A stretch of DNA of 59,377 nt, the filler included, from Sphacelaria rigidula (Eukaryota), in NCBI GenBank assembly GCA_964200075.2. It is 6 parts of 6 records of this genome, joined end to end, with 100 filler letters (N's around TTAATTAATTAA, not from the genome) between each part and the next. Parts side by side here need not be neighbours in the genome. Positions count along the whole stretch, not along the records: positions 19,829 to 29,641 come from CAXNAA020007705.1; positions 29,742 to 39,553 come from CAXNAA020007706.1; 4 more parts are not named here. One strand, 5' to 3'. The position numbers were made by a program, and so were the translations under genes. The stretch's first letter is position 1. Each line of letters opens with the position of its first letter. Below, piece after piece: positions 23,753 through 35,569 of this stretch. The notes below the pieces were generated by a model. It was not told the DNA's origin. It searched no databases and saw nothing but the letters and a program-made list of their open reading frames with translations.

Positions 23753-25435
23753 GGCTAGTATGCGTTTTCATGACACACATCATTTCGAGGTGTAGTAACT
23801 ACGAGCAGGGATGTACATTACCTGTTACCGGTAATTACCGGTAATGAGATTGGCGGTAGGTATCATGGTTTTTCCCGGGTAATTTCCCGGATATTCCAGG
23901 GGGTTCACTGCGGGCCTCCCTCATACCCCGGTCTCTTCATCAGAGGGGCCCCTCATTTTTTGAAAATTCCGCCAGCAGCACAACAGCCCACAGCAGATAA
24001 CACACAAACAACAAAGAACAAAGAACATGGCATCTAGCTCTTGGGGGGCGCTGCAGACCTCCGTCTCCGTCTCCATCGGTAGTGAGCCCAAATATCCCCC
24101 AAGGTTGCGGTAATTTATTATGAACTTAAGGCCAATTGCCTTGGAGGAGCCAGTCTCAGTCCACCTTTGCCCTGATTTTCTCACGAACAAAGGCTCAAGC
24201 TGTGAGAGCTAGGTTGCAAAGCGCTCAGCAGAGTGCAGTAAATCAATACAGGTCCAATACTGTGACAGCAGCAGTAATCGAATCCAGGTGTCCACACAAA
24301 CAAAATGGATTATCTCTTTCTTATTCACAATACGAACCGGAGCCAGTAGTTTCCCCAAGACCACAACTCTCCAGTAAGGACTCACTTGGAACTCAGAGCA
24401 ACGGCGGCAAGGCTGATGTTATCCTGGGCCCAAAATGAAGTGAGCTCAGATGCGCTCGGATCGATGGTATATCCACCTTACGCAGGAAATATATCCACAC
24501 CAAATCATAAAACAATAACCAAAGAGCAGAGATCCTCCATCCAACGAACATTCCTGGAACACTCTTTATTGTGCACATGATTATTCGATGTCAGACATCA
24601 GCCATACTGTATCTCCCATCGACTATCCAGAACACGTTGTATATCTGTATCTTCCAACAAGCTGACGAGCCACGGCAGCCAACCAAGAGTCATATCCAAC
24701 GTTCATTTACTCCGACATCTGATGTACACAGCGCCACGGTACCTTATCGACGCCAGTTCCTTCAAATACCATAACAGTATACTGATACAATGTGAGGGTA
24801 TACGGATACAATATGAGGGTAACAACACACAAACAGATATCGATTTCAAGTGGGGAGGAGGAAATAACACACCAGGTGCATGGGTTTTGTCGCACGTCGA
24901 AACGCGGACCGCCACCCGCACGAGGAGAACAAGCAGCAGCAATAGCAACAGCAGCAGTATCTTTATTGCCAGTAAATGTGTATAGTTGGGGTCGGTTCTG
25001 AATCAGCCGGTGCCGATGCTGCTGCTGCTCTCGATCGTAAACTGTCCGCGTTTCGACCGTGCGACAACACCCCCGCACCTTACGAGTGATGGCGACTGTG
25101 CTGGACAGCGATGGTACGTACTAGCCGCCGATGGGTCCATGCTTGCTTACTCGGCGAGGTTCTGGAAGATATAATAGCTGTGCGCTTCTCTCTGTGGGAG
25201 CTGTGCACGTGGAGTGTGTCTCCTGCGCGTGGGTACTGCTGGTGATGGCGTTGAACTCAGCGTGGCTACTGCTATTGATGGGATCCCAGCTGTCTGTCCC
25301 ATGAACAGCCCAACAGCCCACGCTTTGCAACCATGAGTGCTCCTAGCTTGAAAAACTCCTGCATATCTAGAAATGTTGCAAGTGAATTTCCTTTGGGACC
25401 TGATATCCCTGGCGGCCGTTCTAACACAAGCAGTA

Positions 25436-25859
25436 GACTTCACCACTTGGTAGTTCAAGATAGCTCTCGGAAATTAACGGCTTGTGGACAGGTGCAGCAT
25501 GGGATTTTGGTCTAGACACCGAAATCCGGATCTTTGACCCTGTTACCCCGAGGGTAGGTCACCTGCTGAATCGGCATCAATATGCACTTGAAAAAAGTAG
25601 GCGTGATCCAAATGGACTACCCTGCTCCTGGCGTGCTCCTAACGTGCGCAGAACGCGTTGGGCCTGGAGCGCCGATCTGAGGTCTGGCAACGCCTACTTC
25701 GCCTGGGGAACAAGCCGCACCCCCCATGCCCGAGGGTTCTCGGTATGTCTTCGTTGGGGTTGGGGTTAGGGTTAGGGTTATTGTTCTTCGAAATGCATCA
25801 GCACCTGCGTAAACCATAAATTTCCGAGAAATATTTGTCAACTACCAAGTGGTGAAGTC
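25436..25859. mobile_element. MITE-like element with ~65-bp imperfect TIRs (first 20 bp perfect) and an internal TTGGGG/TTAGGG run
   Basis: gacttcaccacttggtagtt (25436-25455) / aactaccaagtggtgaagtc (25840-25859); ttggggttggggttagggttagggtta at 25754-25780. Confidence 0.8.
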
Positions 25860-25889
25860 ACCTCGATTTTAAGTACGATGTACTGTACA

Positions 25890-26257
25890 CCATCCTTGTA
25901 CATGGGCGCCAAACGCTGGGCCGGGCTGGGCTTCTCACTCAGGGCTTCGATTTAAAGGATGATACTAGGTAGGCAGCGGCAACTGCTGTGTATCCAGGTG
26001 CTCCTAGGCGCAGGATGCGTGGGGTGTCCGTTTAACAAAGTAATCCCCAAAAAACCGACATCGATAGGGGGTTTTAGACTGGAAAAATCTAGCAGAAAAA
26101 CTATCGCAAGGATTCGATCGCAAGAATCTCGACGCAATTAAGTATCGCAAGAATTCGATCGCTAGAATTACGACGCAAGAATCACGACGCAAAAAATCTC
26201 TTAGTCAAATTTTTACCCCCAGCAGGAACCAACTTCACTTTGTGAAATTGGAATTGG
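25890..26257 (+). repeat. Dispersed repeat homologous to 30557-30860, with an internal ~14-bp atcgcaagaattcg minisatellite (26103-26190)
   Basis: Shared gtacatgggc.ccaaacgctggg...aggtaggcagcggcaactgctgtgtat.caggtgc...aaccaacttc.ctttgtgaaattggaat. Confidence 0.85.
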
Positions 26258-28574
26258 AATTTGAATGCATACAACGAGAATCGGCATTTTGGTAGGGCTG
26301 ACGGTCCCGTGTGCTCCTCGGCTGCGCACAACGCGTTTTCAATGAAAGCGGTGCCACAGGCGCCGATTTGGGGTCTACCAAGGCCTCACTTTCTGCAGGG
26401 AGTGTATGTACCGCCCTTGCCCGAGTGTATTCGGTGTGCTTCGGGTTTGTTCAACCCAACAAGCCTCCTTGCATGCCAGGTATCGCAAGCGCGGACGAAA
26501 AGCGACCCAGTGGCATGTAATATATGAAGAACGACACCGGAAGAACAGTAGGATTTTGATTTTTGAATGCAGTACTCTTTCTCTATATGAATTTTGGATC
26601 CATGCCGTTCTCTTCCGATGACGTGAGGCAAATTTTACCCCCACGAGCTTGGATAAGCCCTACAAGTCTCTCTGTTCGTGTTTTTGGTCGGTAACACTTT
26701 TTTTGCCCATTTTGGGGGGTCAGGCGCGCCCATAACTGTGCACCAACCGCATCGTGAGGCATTCGGCGGTACTACCTGCTCACTGCACAGCGGTAGGGTG
26801 CAAGGTGACAAAGCACACCGCAGGACGTGACATCCTCAGCCTATTCCTGTCCTACATTGAACTCGTGTTGTCCTATGCAGTTCGCCACGTCATGAACGCA
26901 GCCGCTTGTATCTGCGGCAAATGTGTAGCCGGGATATCACGCAACGCGCTACAGTATACCGCTACGTCACATTTTGTAAAGCTGTTCGTGTTGCATCTAC
27001 AGCGTGCGGACGCCTCCGCTGCTGTAATGGCTGCCTGTATCTTGGGCGAAGCTAAATGGTGGTAAAACAGCCGCAGCTGGTGCACCTACATATACCGAAA
27101 GGTGGAGACCGGCGTCCAGAATAGATGGGACGACAACACACACACAACACTCTATACGCATTACACTTCCAATATCGTGTTCGTACTGACTGTAGAAACC
27201 TTTCGTCCACGGTTGGGTACAAGTCCATACATAATGCAGGGTCTGGCACATCTCGACTTTTCATGTGACGGAGGGTCTGGTATGTTTCCACCTGTACATG
27301 TATGTAATAATATATGGCTCTGTTTCGCATCACACTTCCAATTTTCCTATCCTTTCTTACATTGCAATGGAATGGGAAAGGGACAGAAGAGACAGACGCC
27401 CTCAATGAAGAAAAGCAAGGACGGCATACAAGCACAAGAAGGGTCGGAAAGAAAGTAAGGGCCATAGATTGACGATGACAAATCTTTCGCGCGTCGCACT
27501 ACGCAATTTCTAGACATTATCGTTCTAGTTCGAGCGATATCGTTCCACGTGCGCAAGGATGCGCAGGAACGCGGAGCTGAGACCGTAGTCGTCGCTCGGC
27601 AAGTTCCCGCTAGGTTCTCCCGATCTATCCCTAGCCACTACTTGTAGATCCGTCTTGACGTACACGTACAACACGTGTCTCCCGGAATGCCAGTGGGTAT
27701 CGAACGAGGCAAACGCGCCAGTGCCACCATCAGTTCGACCGTGCTGGCAAATGCTTTGGATTGCGTCAGCACATAGCTGGTGAGGGTGCAACAGCGAACG
27801 TAGGGACGCCGCGGCGGGAGAAATTCACATTTGTATTTCGTTGGACATTCCTCATTCCTCATACGCTGACCGTTACCAGGGTGGTATCCCACGTTGCAAA
27901 TCATGTACAGGCTGGGCGGTGTTTCAGACTATGGTGCCTTCACGGTCGCATCAGAAAACCCGGCGCGTGTGCAAGGCATACCAAGCACGATAACATCGGC
28001 ATAGCACATACCCCCAACTTGTTTGAGAAATACCAGACGTGCTGGGACGTGCATCGTTTCGAACAAAACACCGTGAAGTAGGTGCGAGTGGGTGCCAGAA
28101 ACAAGTGAGATGCGCATCGGTTGTGATCTGCCAATACTGTATATCTGTAATAAGTCATCGGCAATTACCCGCTCATGTGGCACAGCCAGCTACCTGACGC
28201 TTTACAGTGCCTCTCATCACATGGACGGAGCCGCACTGGCGAATGCAGGGAGCCCGCTGTGGCGCGGAGTACTACTGTACAATCAGTAAAGCAGCAGCCG
28301 CCATGAGTACAGCAAGAACGGCCGACGGAGTTCAACTTTGTTTTGATTCAGAACCAACCAAGTGCTCTCGTAGTGCGAACATTTATTTCATCAGCTATCT
28401 GACTCTTCCCAGATTTCCGGGCCGGTCCCAGCTTGCCATCCAAAAGCTTGGTTGTTATCGATTCTTTCTTCTGTCGGGGATACCTGTTGGCGGTTTCATC
28501 TTCACTACTGCGCCTGAAACTTGGTGAGATCCAGTGCACTGGGCAACACTAGACCATCTGGTAAACTCTGTTGT

Positions 28575-29059
28575 GTCAATCGGCGCAAGTAACCGGAGGG
28601 TTATGCGAGGACTGGGAGTTTTATCGTCTTTTGTTGCACGCACGCGTCGCCTTTCATCGAATACTGGACGGATTTCCGTCAAACAAAGGCTGCTGTGTGT
28701 GGATGATGAGGTATCGCTTGAACAATGCGCGTGAGTGGCGGGTGTCTGTGCGTGTTTTTTCAGGGTCGGCAGCATACCTTGGACCTGCTTAGACGAACGA
28801 CCACACAAAAACATTGATTTGTGGAACGTGCAGATCTGGGTTCAAGGTTTTGAATTTGAATACAGCCGGTCAATCGGCGCAAGTAACCGGAGAGTTATGA
28901 GAGGACTGGGAGTTGTACCGTGTTTTGTTGCACGCATGTGTCGCCTTTCATCGAATACTGGACGGATTCCCGTCAAACAAAGGCTGTCGTGTGTAGATGA
29001 TGAGGTATCGCTTGAACGATGCGCGTGAGTGGTGGGTGTCTGTGCGTGTTTTTTCAGGG
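28575..29059. repeat. Local direct duplication, 2 x 191 bp (28575-28765, 28869-29059)
   Basis: gtcaatcggcgcaagtaaccggag...cgtgttttttcaggg repeated with scattered substitutions. Confidence 0.9.
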
Positions 29060-29641
29060 CTGTGTGCAGGTGTTGTGCTCCGTTGTTGCATCTTGCGAAG
29101 ACGGTTTGGTCTCCGCTGAGTTGCTTGATGTGCTGTTTTGTTGTGTTCGTCTCTCTGTAACCAAGCTGTAACATAAAGCATCAATAAGGACGCTGTGATT
29201 TTGCAACAAGAGAACCTGATGCATACTGCACACAGTCCATCTTCAGGTTCTAAAACTAGAGAACACCGCAGAACTACCGTGTTGTCTTGTGTTGAGGGTA
29301 GTATTCTGTCCTCCATACACCACTGCAAAAGTATATTGTTTTGAGTGTACTACCCTGTACTTCATATAATGGCGTCATGGTTCGAGCAGTTTTTCAAAAC
29401 GTTCTGCTCCTTACTCAAAAAGATCTCGTTTTCTTAGAAGTATTCCGAAAAACGAGAGTGTTTCTGTTACGGATCGCGGCGTGATGCGGTGGAAGGGGGA
29501 CAGTACAATGATGGGCCGTTGATTCGGAACGAAGATACGCGCCCGGAGGGCTGATCGCAGGAACTGGCTAGTACCTGCGGTCAGGGGTGAGGATGTTAAG
29601 TAATCCGTCAAGATACGGAGTACATAAAAACATGCCTCTTA

Positions 29642-29741
29642 NNNNNNNNNNNNNNNNNNNNNNNNNNNNNNNNNNNNNNNNNNNNTTAATTAATTAANNN
29701 NNNNNNNNNNNNNNNNNNNNNNNNNNNNNNNNNNNNNNNNN
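29642..29741. other. Artificial contig spacer
   Basis: 100-bp N run with TTAATTAATTAA. Confidence 0.98.
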
Positions 29742-29972
29742 CTGTCGAAGTCCTCAGAACGTAGCGTCCATGTGGCACACCCATACAACAGAGCTTCCAC
29801 CACCTCCGCTTTAAGCAGTCGAACTTTCAAGGATAGCTCGGCGTTGGGTCGGTCGTAGAGTTGGGAGCTATATTTTCGGATACGCGCCCATGCCGCGCTG
29901 ATACGGCGGTTGATTTCAGTGGAAATTTTCACATCCGCGCTGATAGCTCCACCGAGGTAGATGAACTTCCCA
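29742..29972 (-). mobile_element. RTE-clade LINE fragment, RT C-terminal region (5'-truncated, runs into contig end)
   Basis: KFIYLGGAISAD...EINRRISAAW...LSLKVRLLKAEVVEALLYGCATWTL is the typical YLG...LLYGxExW tail of RTE ORF2. Confidence 0.9.
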
Positions 29973-30110
29973 TACATATTTGGGGGTCGAAACGAAAATA
30001 TCAACATGAGAGATCGTTCGTTCGGTTGTCATAGCATCATCGCGGTTTCAGTATAGATTGACCTCGACCGTTTTCAACCGTACAGGCTGCAAAAGGTGTT
30101 TGGTGATAAA

Positions 30111-30354
30111 TTACTTTAGTCAGCGCTTTGGCCGACGTATTTGTCCTCGATTGTGCAATGGTTTCGGTCGAGGAGACCCCTGTTGTCATGGATTGCGGCG
30201 TAGTGGTGGTAAGGCAGTGCGATGATGGATAATTCATTACTTTAGTCAGCGCTTTGGATTACGTATTTTTCCTCGATTGTGCAATGGTTTCGGTAGAGGA
30301 GGCCCCTGTTGATATGGATCGCTGCGTAGTGGTGGTAGGGGTGTGCGATGATGG
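30111..30354. repeat. Tandem duplication, 126-bp period
   Basis: ttactttagtcagcgctttgg...gtgcgatgatgg starting at 30111 and 30237. Confidence 0.9.
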
Positions 30355-30556
30355 GCCAGTCGATCTGACGGGTAAAGGCCCGGAAGGCTGGCTGCAGGAA
30401 CTGGCAAGTGCTGCAGTCAGGGATGAGGTTGTTTTGATCCATTGGTGACGGATACGCAAACACACCTCTTCATATCCAGCTTGGATTCGATTCTTCGCGG
30501 ACGAGTCCCAGCCGGTATACCCCGGTGTCCACCTGAAAAGTGCTCGTAAACGCCAC

Positions 30557-30860
30557 CGATTCCAATTTCACAAAGAGAAGTTGGTTTCTGCTGCGGGTAA
30601 AAAATCGACGAAATTTGTTTTGCGACTCCGTTTTTGCGTCAGGATTTCTGCGACCTGATTCTTACGACCCGATTTTTCCACTCTGAATCCCCTATCGATT
30701 TCGTTTTTTGGGGGATAACTTTGTCAAACAGACACCAAACGCATCCTGCTCCAAGGGGCACCTGAATACACAGCAGTTGCCGCTGCCTACCTCTTATCAT
30801 CCTCCAAATCGAACTCTTGAGTGGGAACCCCCAGCGTTTGGTGCCCATGTACGGCGAAGG
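30557..30860 (-). repeat. Dispersed repeat homologous to 25890-26257
   Basis: See above. The ORF track shows GRQRQLLCIQV.LGAGCV in both copies. Confidence 0.85.
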
Positions 30861-31687
30861 ATCATTTTCATCTAGAATCATTCTCCAAAACGTACCTGAC
30901 AAGGGGGCAACACCCCCGTACAGACAGTAGCAATGAACAGGGGATTCTATAAAATGAGGTTCATCATTGAAATGAGGTTTGAAGACCCTAGCCGTTGAAT
31001 ATCAAAAAGCCCTCAAGAGTACCGCACGACGCTGCTGATGTGTAATTTTGGGGAGGAGTAGGAAGTGCGTCCGTGGTTGCACATGCCGCCCATCCCTGGT
31101 TAGCTGCGGGCGACGGACGGCGTCAACTTCACCATGGTCAGAAGAAAAAGCGGGAACCATGTCAACAATTTGTCCATGGGAGAGCGATGGATTGTCCATG
31201 ATGTTCTCACTGTGGTGCCTCGAGCCCGTGTCCAGCAGAAAATATATGGCGTCAAGGTGATCGTCACTGACGGGCATGAGGAGAGAAGTAGCTTTTCACT
31301 ATCCCGTAGACGAGCACATATCAAATCAGGATATCAAAATGGGATATCATGGAATATTGTGACAACGCGTTCTATAGAAGGCAATGATATCTAATATCCG
31401 TGCGGATTTTACCAGGTTCGAGCATACATGCCGCTGCAATGGACCACTCGACACAACACCAGCCCTACGGCGGGCGATAGTGTGGGAGTAACTCTTGGCA
31501 GGGAATAGATTAACCTCGTCACGGTTGCATGAGCCCTTGATTATGCTGGTCGCACTCCAACAGATCACCTAGGGATCCACTCGGGCAACCCGAGGCCTCA
31601 CGTGCTGAATCACGACATCACGACGATAGTCGAAGCCCCTAATCTTCCGCGACTGATGCGATGAGGAAAAGACAGGAATGCTACGCA

Positions 31688-34420
31688 TCAACCCCTGGCC
31701 CTCTTCTCCATTGTATCCAATACTGGCTTGGGAATCCTGTCACCAAAGTTTAGCTTCTCGCACGAAGCGACAACCAGCTCTGCTTGCATCCACTCTACGT
31801 CCGGCACTAACTTTCGCCTCTTGCTCTTACTGCTCATTGTACACCCTTCACTGTTCCCCACTGTCTTGTAATCTGCTGTGATTTTTCCTTTGCCGTATTC
31901 GCCGATGTTGTAGGCAGAAGCGTTGTTTCGAATGGCGGAGGTGGCCGGCGACCACCAGCGCACCTGGATTCCTGCTTCGCCATCGGTCCCCTCGCGCTTG
32001 TCCGTAACCCTACCCACCAAAAACGAAGCTTCGTCACCGACAAAGAAAACAAAATGTCCCTTGTCGAACGAGGGAACATATCCTGCTGGATGGCCATCTC
32101 CGTCGCCCCCGCTACCTAGCACTAAGTTATCGACACCACCTTTTCCCGGATCCTCATCGACAGGCGCCTTCCGCCCCCCCGCAGACCCCTCGACTACATC
32201 AACATCCCCATCTGCCCCCGCTCTCTCTTCCCGTGACCCTCCAGATGACTGCACGCCGTTACGCTTGAACCAATGACACGGGAGGTTCCACGGTACTGAG
32301 CCTTTCGCGGCCAGAAGTCGGTGGGACGTCGCCATGTCGTCTTTGATGGCCTGTTGTTTGTCGAAATCTGCGCGTCGCACGGGAGGGTGGAGGCAGTGCA
32401 TCTGAGGTATTCAGGGCTCGGATGCGCTCCTACGGTGGGGAAAATGATATGAGAAATAAGGGTAAGAAACTTGGACCCGCCGTGCGCAGCGAAAAATAAA
32501 TAAATAGAGTACACAGCGATCAGGATACAGTGTCACCACTTGGGGTGCTTGGAGGTGCAACGCACCGAGGGGGTAGAGGGCAACTAGCCGACTGTGGACG
32601 GCGTTGTAGCGAGCCAGTATGTTATCTCGCCGTGCGACATCCACCTCCTTCAGGTCGAATGGAGGTGCGCACTCCAGATCTGGAGTGGAACACCCATGCG
32701 GAAGAGCGGGTGAGGGGCTCCCTCGTAGATCCCGGCGGCCGTCTTTCCCGTGAAGACTGTAGCATGCATGTGCTTCTTCATGCCGACGGTCACCTGCTCC
32801 GTCCCCGCTGAGCGGATTTCGAATGAATGGGGCTGAGTCACGCCACGAATGGGCAGCACACGATCACCTCCACCGACAGCTCCTTTGAAGTTGCCGAGGG
32901 AGCGAAGAGTGCTGGTGAACACCTCCAGTGCCTTGTATGCCTTGCGAAAAGCTTCCGCCTGCTGCCTTCTCGTGAACAGGCAAACTCCCTTGCAGTGAAT
33001 GGAAATCCTGGTAAACAAATCCAATGCTTTTGTCGTCGGTTCTTGCTATATACATCTAAATTTCTTCTCATCGCCACCTCGCTGTACGCATAAAACATAT
33101 CCCTGAATATGCCAGTACGAAATCAGGCCGGTTTGTTCGATCCATGTTATTATGGTATTTTGGCGCGTAAGCACGTGTGCTGTGGATCATCGTGGATTCA
33201 TGTCCAGTCCACCTACGGCGCTTCGAAATCGCATATATCTGGACACCGTGTCGGCGTGGAATATCGCTGCCGGAGGCGATATTTCATCTGCTCCTAGGGT
33301 TTTGACCACCGCGTCTGTGGAGGCAACGCATGACTTATGCGACCCGTGTTTACAACGACAGAGGTACTTGTGCAGTGAGAGATCTCGTCTGAAAAAATGC
33401 GACAACATGAACGAAAAACAAATTCCAAAATATGGCGGGAGTATTGAGTGATGGGTGCGGTTTCACGCCTGCAGTATCACAGTAGAAGGCGAACGCGGTG
33501 GGGATGGTGTCTCCTTGCCCCCCGTCGTATTCGCGGATAAATTATAATCTGGTTTGACGTGGTCACGGCGAGGAACAGCGAGGTCGCGGGTAGATGATGT
33601 AACCATCACCGGGTCTTGTGATGGGTGGGTCCGTTCGTGTACTGGATAAAATCGACGTCTTCGTTGGATTCACTACGGTTCGTATAAGGAACAACCATTT
33701 TTTCCCGTGACACAAAGCTACATGATTCCCTCCACTCGTCACTGTTGTCTGCAAGGATAATCCCGACGCACCTCGAAAAGACCTAGTCTATCATGATGTG
33801 GGTATGTCCCACCATCATGAAATTAATCTCCACGCGGCCGATTGTCCCACGGGCCACAAGACATCCGAGGTATCCCAGCACGATGTGGTTCTTATTTTCT
33901 CCAACACAGTTGTCGAGTTGCAGATAAAGCTCATCGATGTAAGCTGGTGTGTCGCCGGTGCAGTGCAAGTCGAATAATCGGGTAAGCGCGAGGTGGATTG
34001 AAGTGCAAATAAGATTGCTCCCTGCACAGCGGCGAGCAACGACGGCGTCAGGGCGCGAATGTCAGTATTCTCGGGGGTTGTTGGCTACAAGGAATGCCGT
34101 AACAACTCATCTCTTACTCTCGGTCGGGATACGAAAAGGCCTCCCGAGCAGATTGCTCGGATAAGAAACCAAGATAGCCGAGTGTCTTCGGTCCCCCGCG
34201 GTGCGCAACTCATCACGGGCGGTGTCTGGTTCACGAATGCCGTGAGTGCGTGCACATCGCGTGGGAGAGCAGGAACTCACCTCCTCCGATTGTGAGGGGA
34301 GACAGGAAGAATTCCACGAACTGCCCTTCCACAAGTACTGCCATAACTTCTTGGCGCTCCGCGTATCCCCTGCCAGACGCGGTGATCGCCAACAACGACT
34401 AGCAGAAGTCATATGCACCA
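31688..34420 (-). pseudogene. Intron-containing DUF7869/Sola-like DDE transposase pseudogene
   Basis: Spliced reading: MAVLVEGQFVEFFLSPLTIGG-G|SNLICTSIHLAL...ELYLQLDNCVGENKN...FMMVGHTHIMID*VFS-R|ISIHCK...IRGVTQPHSFEI. GT-AG introns 34280-34022 and 33771-33008 both restore frame. TAG at 33784-33786 where Q is expected; frameshift near 32690. The last exon (32401-31688) has an aromatic beta-barrel-like segment (FVFF...FLVGRV...VRWW). Confidence 0.75.
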
Positions 34421-35569
34421 CTGAAGCAACATGAATGGATATTCAGGGAATCAGTTACTCACGTACTTGTTATAGCGTCCCGGCTCATGACAGAAACCCT
34501 CGAAGGGCGATAAGTAACTCGATATATGCCTTGACACCTCCTGCGGTCTCGGAAGAGACAATTCTCCGAACACCGTCTTTGCAGCAAAACGGTCGTGAGA
34601 AAACACATTGGAACATTCGTCACGCTTCATACAGGGTGTTGGCACCAAAACGTAGCATATTCCGGGCAGGATACTGTGTGGTGCCCTTGTATTTTTCGAG
34701 ATGAGGAGCAGAGAATGAAGGTATAAGGAATAGTCCAATTCTAAGGGCCGAAGAAAAGCGAGGGAAAACTTGAAGCGAGGGGGGGCGCAGACAATGACAG
34801 AACGATGTAGAACACACGTGTACGACCTGGAGATATGCAGGGAAACATCATCGCATCGGACTGAAATACAAAGGGGGAGGGGGGGAATGATGCTTCGTTA
34901 CCCGTGCTGTCGCGATAACCGCTCTCTCACCCGTCTGTGCCGTGTGTCAACGGCGAGCACATCGGTAACGCGAATTTCACGGGACCAACACTGCTGCTGT
35001 ACCGCATTGCCGACTCCACGAGAGTGTGGCGTGCACTGTATGACACCGCCCACGATGCTACACCCTACAGTACGCTCCGATGCGGCAGTCGGCTGCAGGA
35101 AGAGGACATACGCCTGCTCTTTCGGTTCTCGCTTCACTCGTTGCCAGGGCTCGGGTGTACAGATATGTTTGTATCCACGCGTGAGCGGGGGTGACCAGCC
35201 CATACACTCCGCTCCCCATTGCGGCAACGTGCGAGAAGCTGAGGTTAGTTGAGGTTGCTTGATTCGGATCTGGGATCAGCGGACCACTCCCTTTGTTCGA
35301 TCATTTCTCACTCTCACTGCTGACACCCACGGTTTCCGAATACGTCAAATGAAGATACTAGAGAACGGTTGATGCTGTTGAATCACGTTTGATTGCCCTG
35401 CCTGAACTCCGTATTGTTCGTCCACTGCGCTCTGTCAGCGCGCGCGGGGTAACTTGAATCGCGTGACGATGGCCCGAGCAAAAACAGAAATGTTCGACAG
35501 TAACATAACACATGTTTCCTACGCCCGTCAACGCGTGCCGGCACCCCCGCCCCCTCTTGAAAATGACAG

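Noticed and set aside
25890-30860. 5-kb TIR element bounded by 25890-26257 and 30557-30860
   Set aside because: The pair spans the artificial spacer at 29642-29741.
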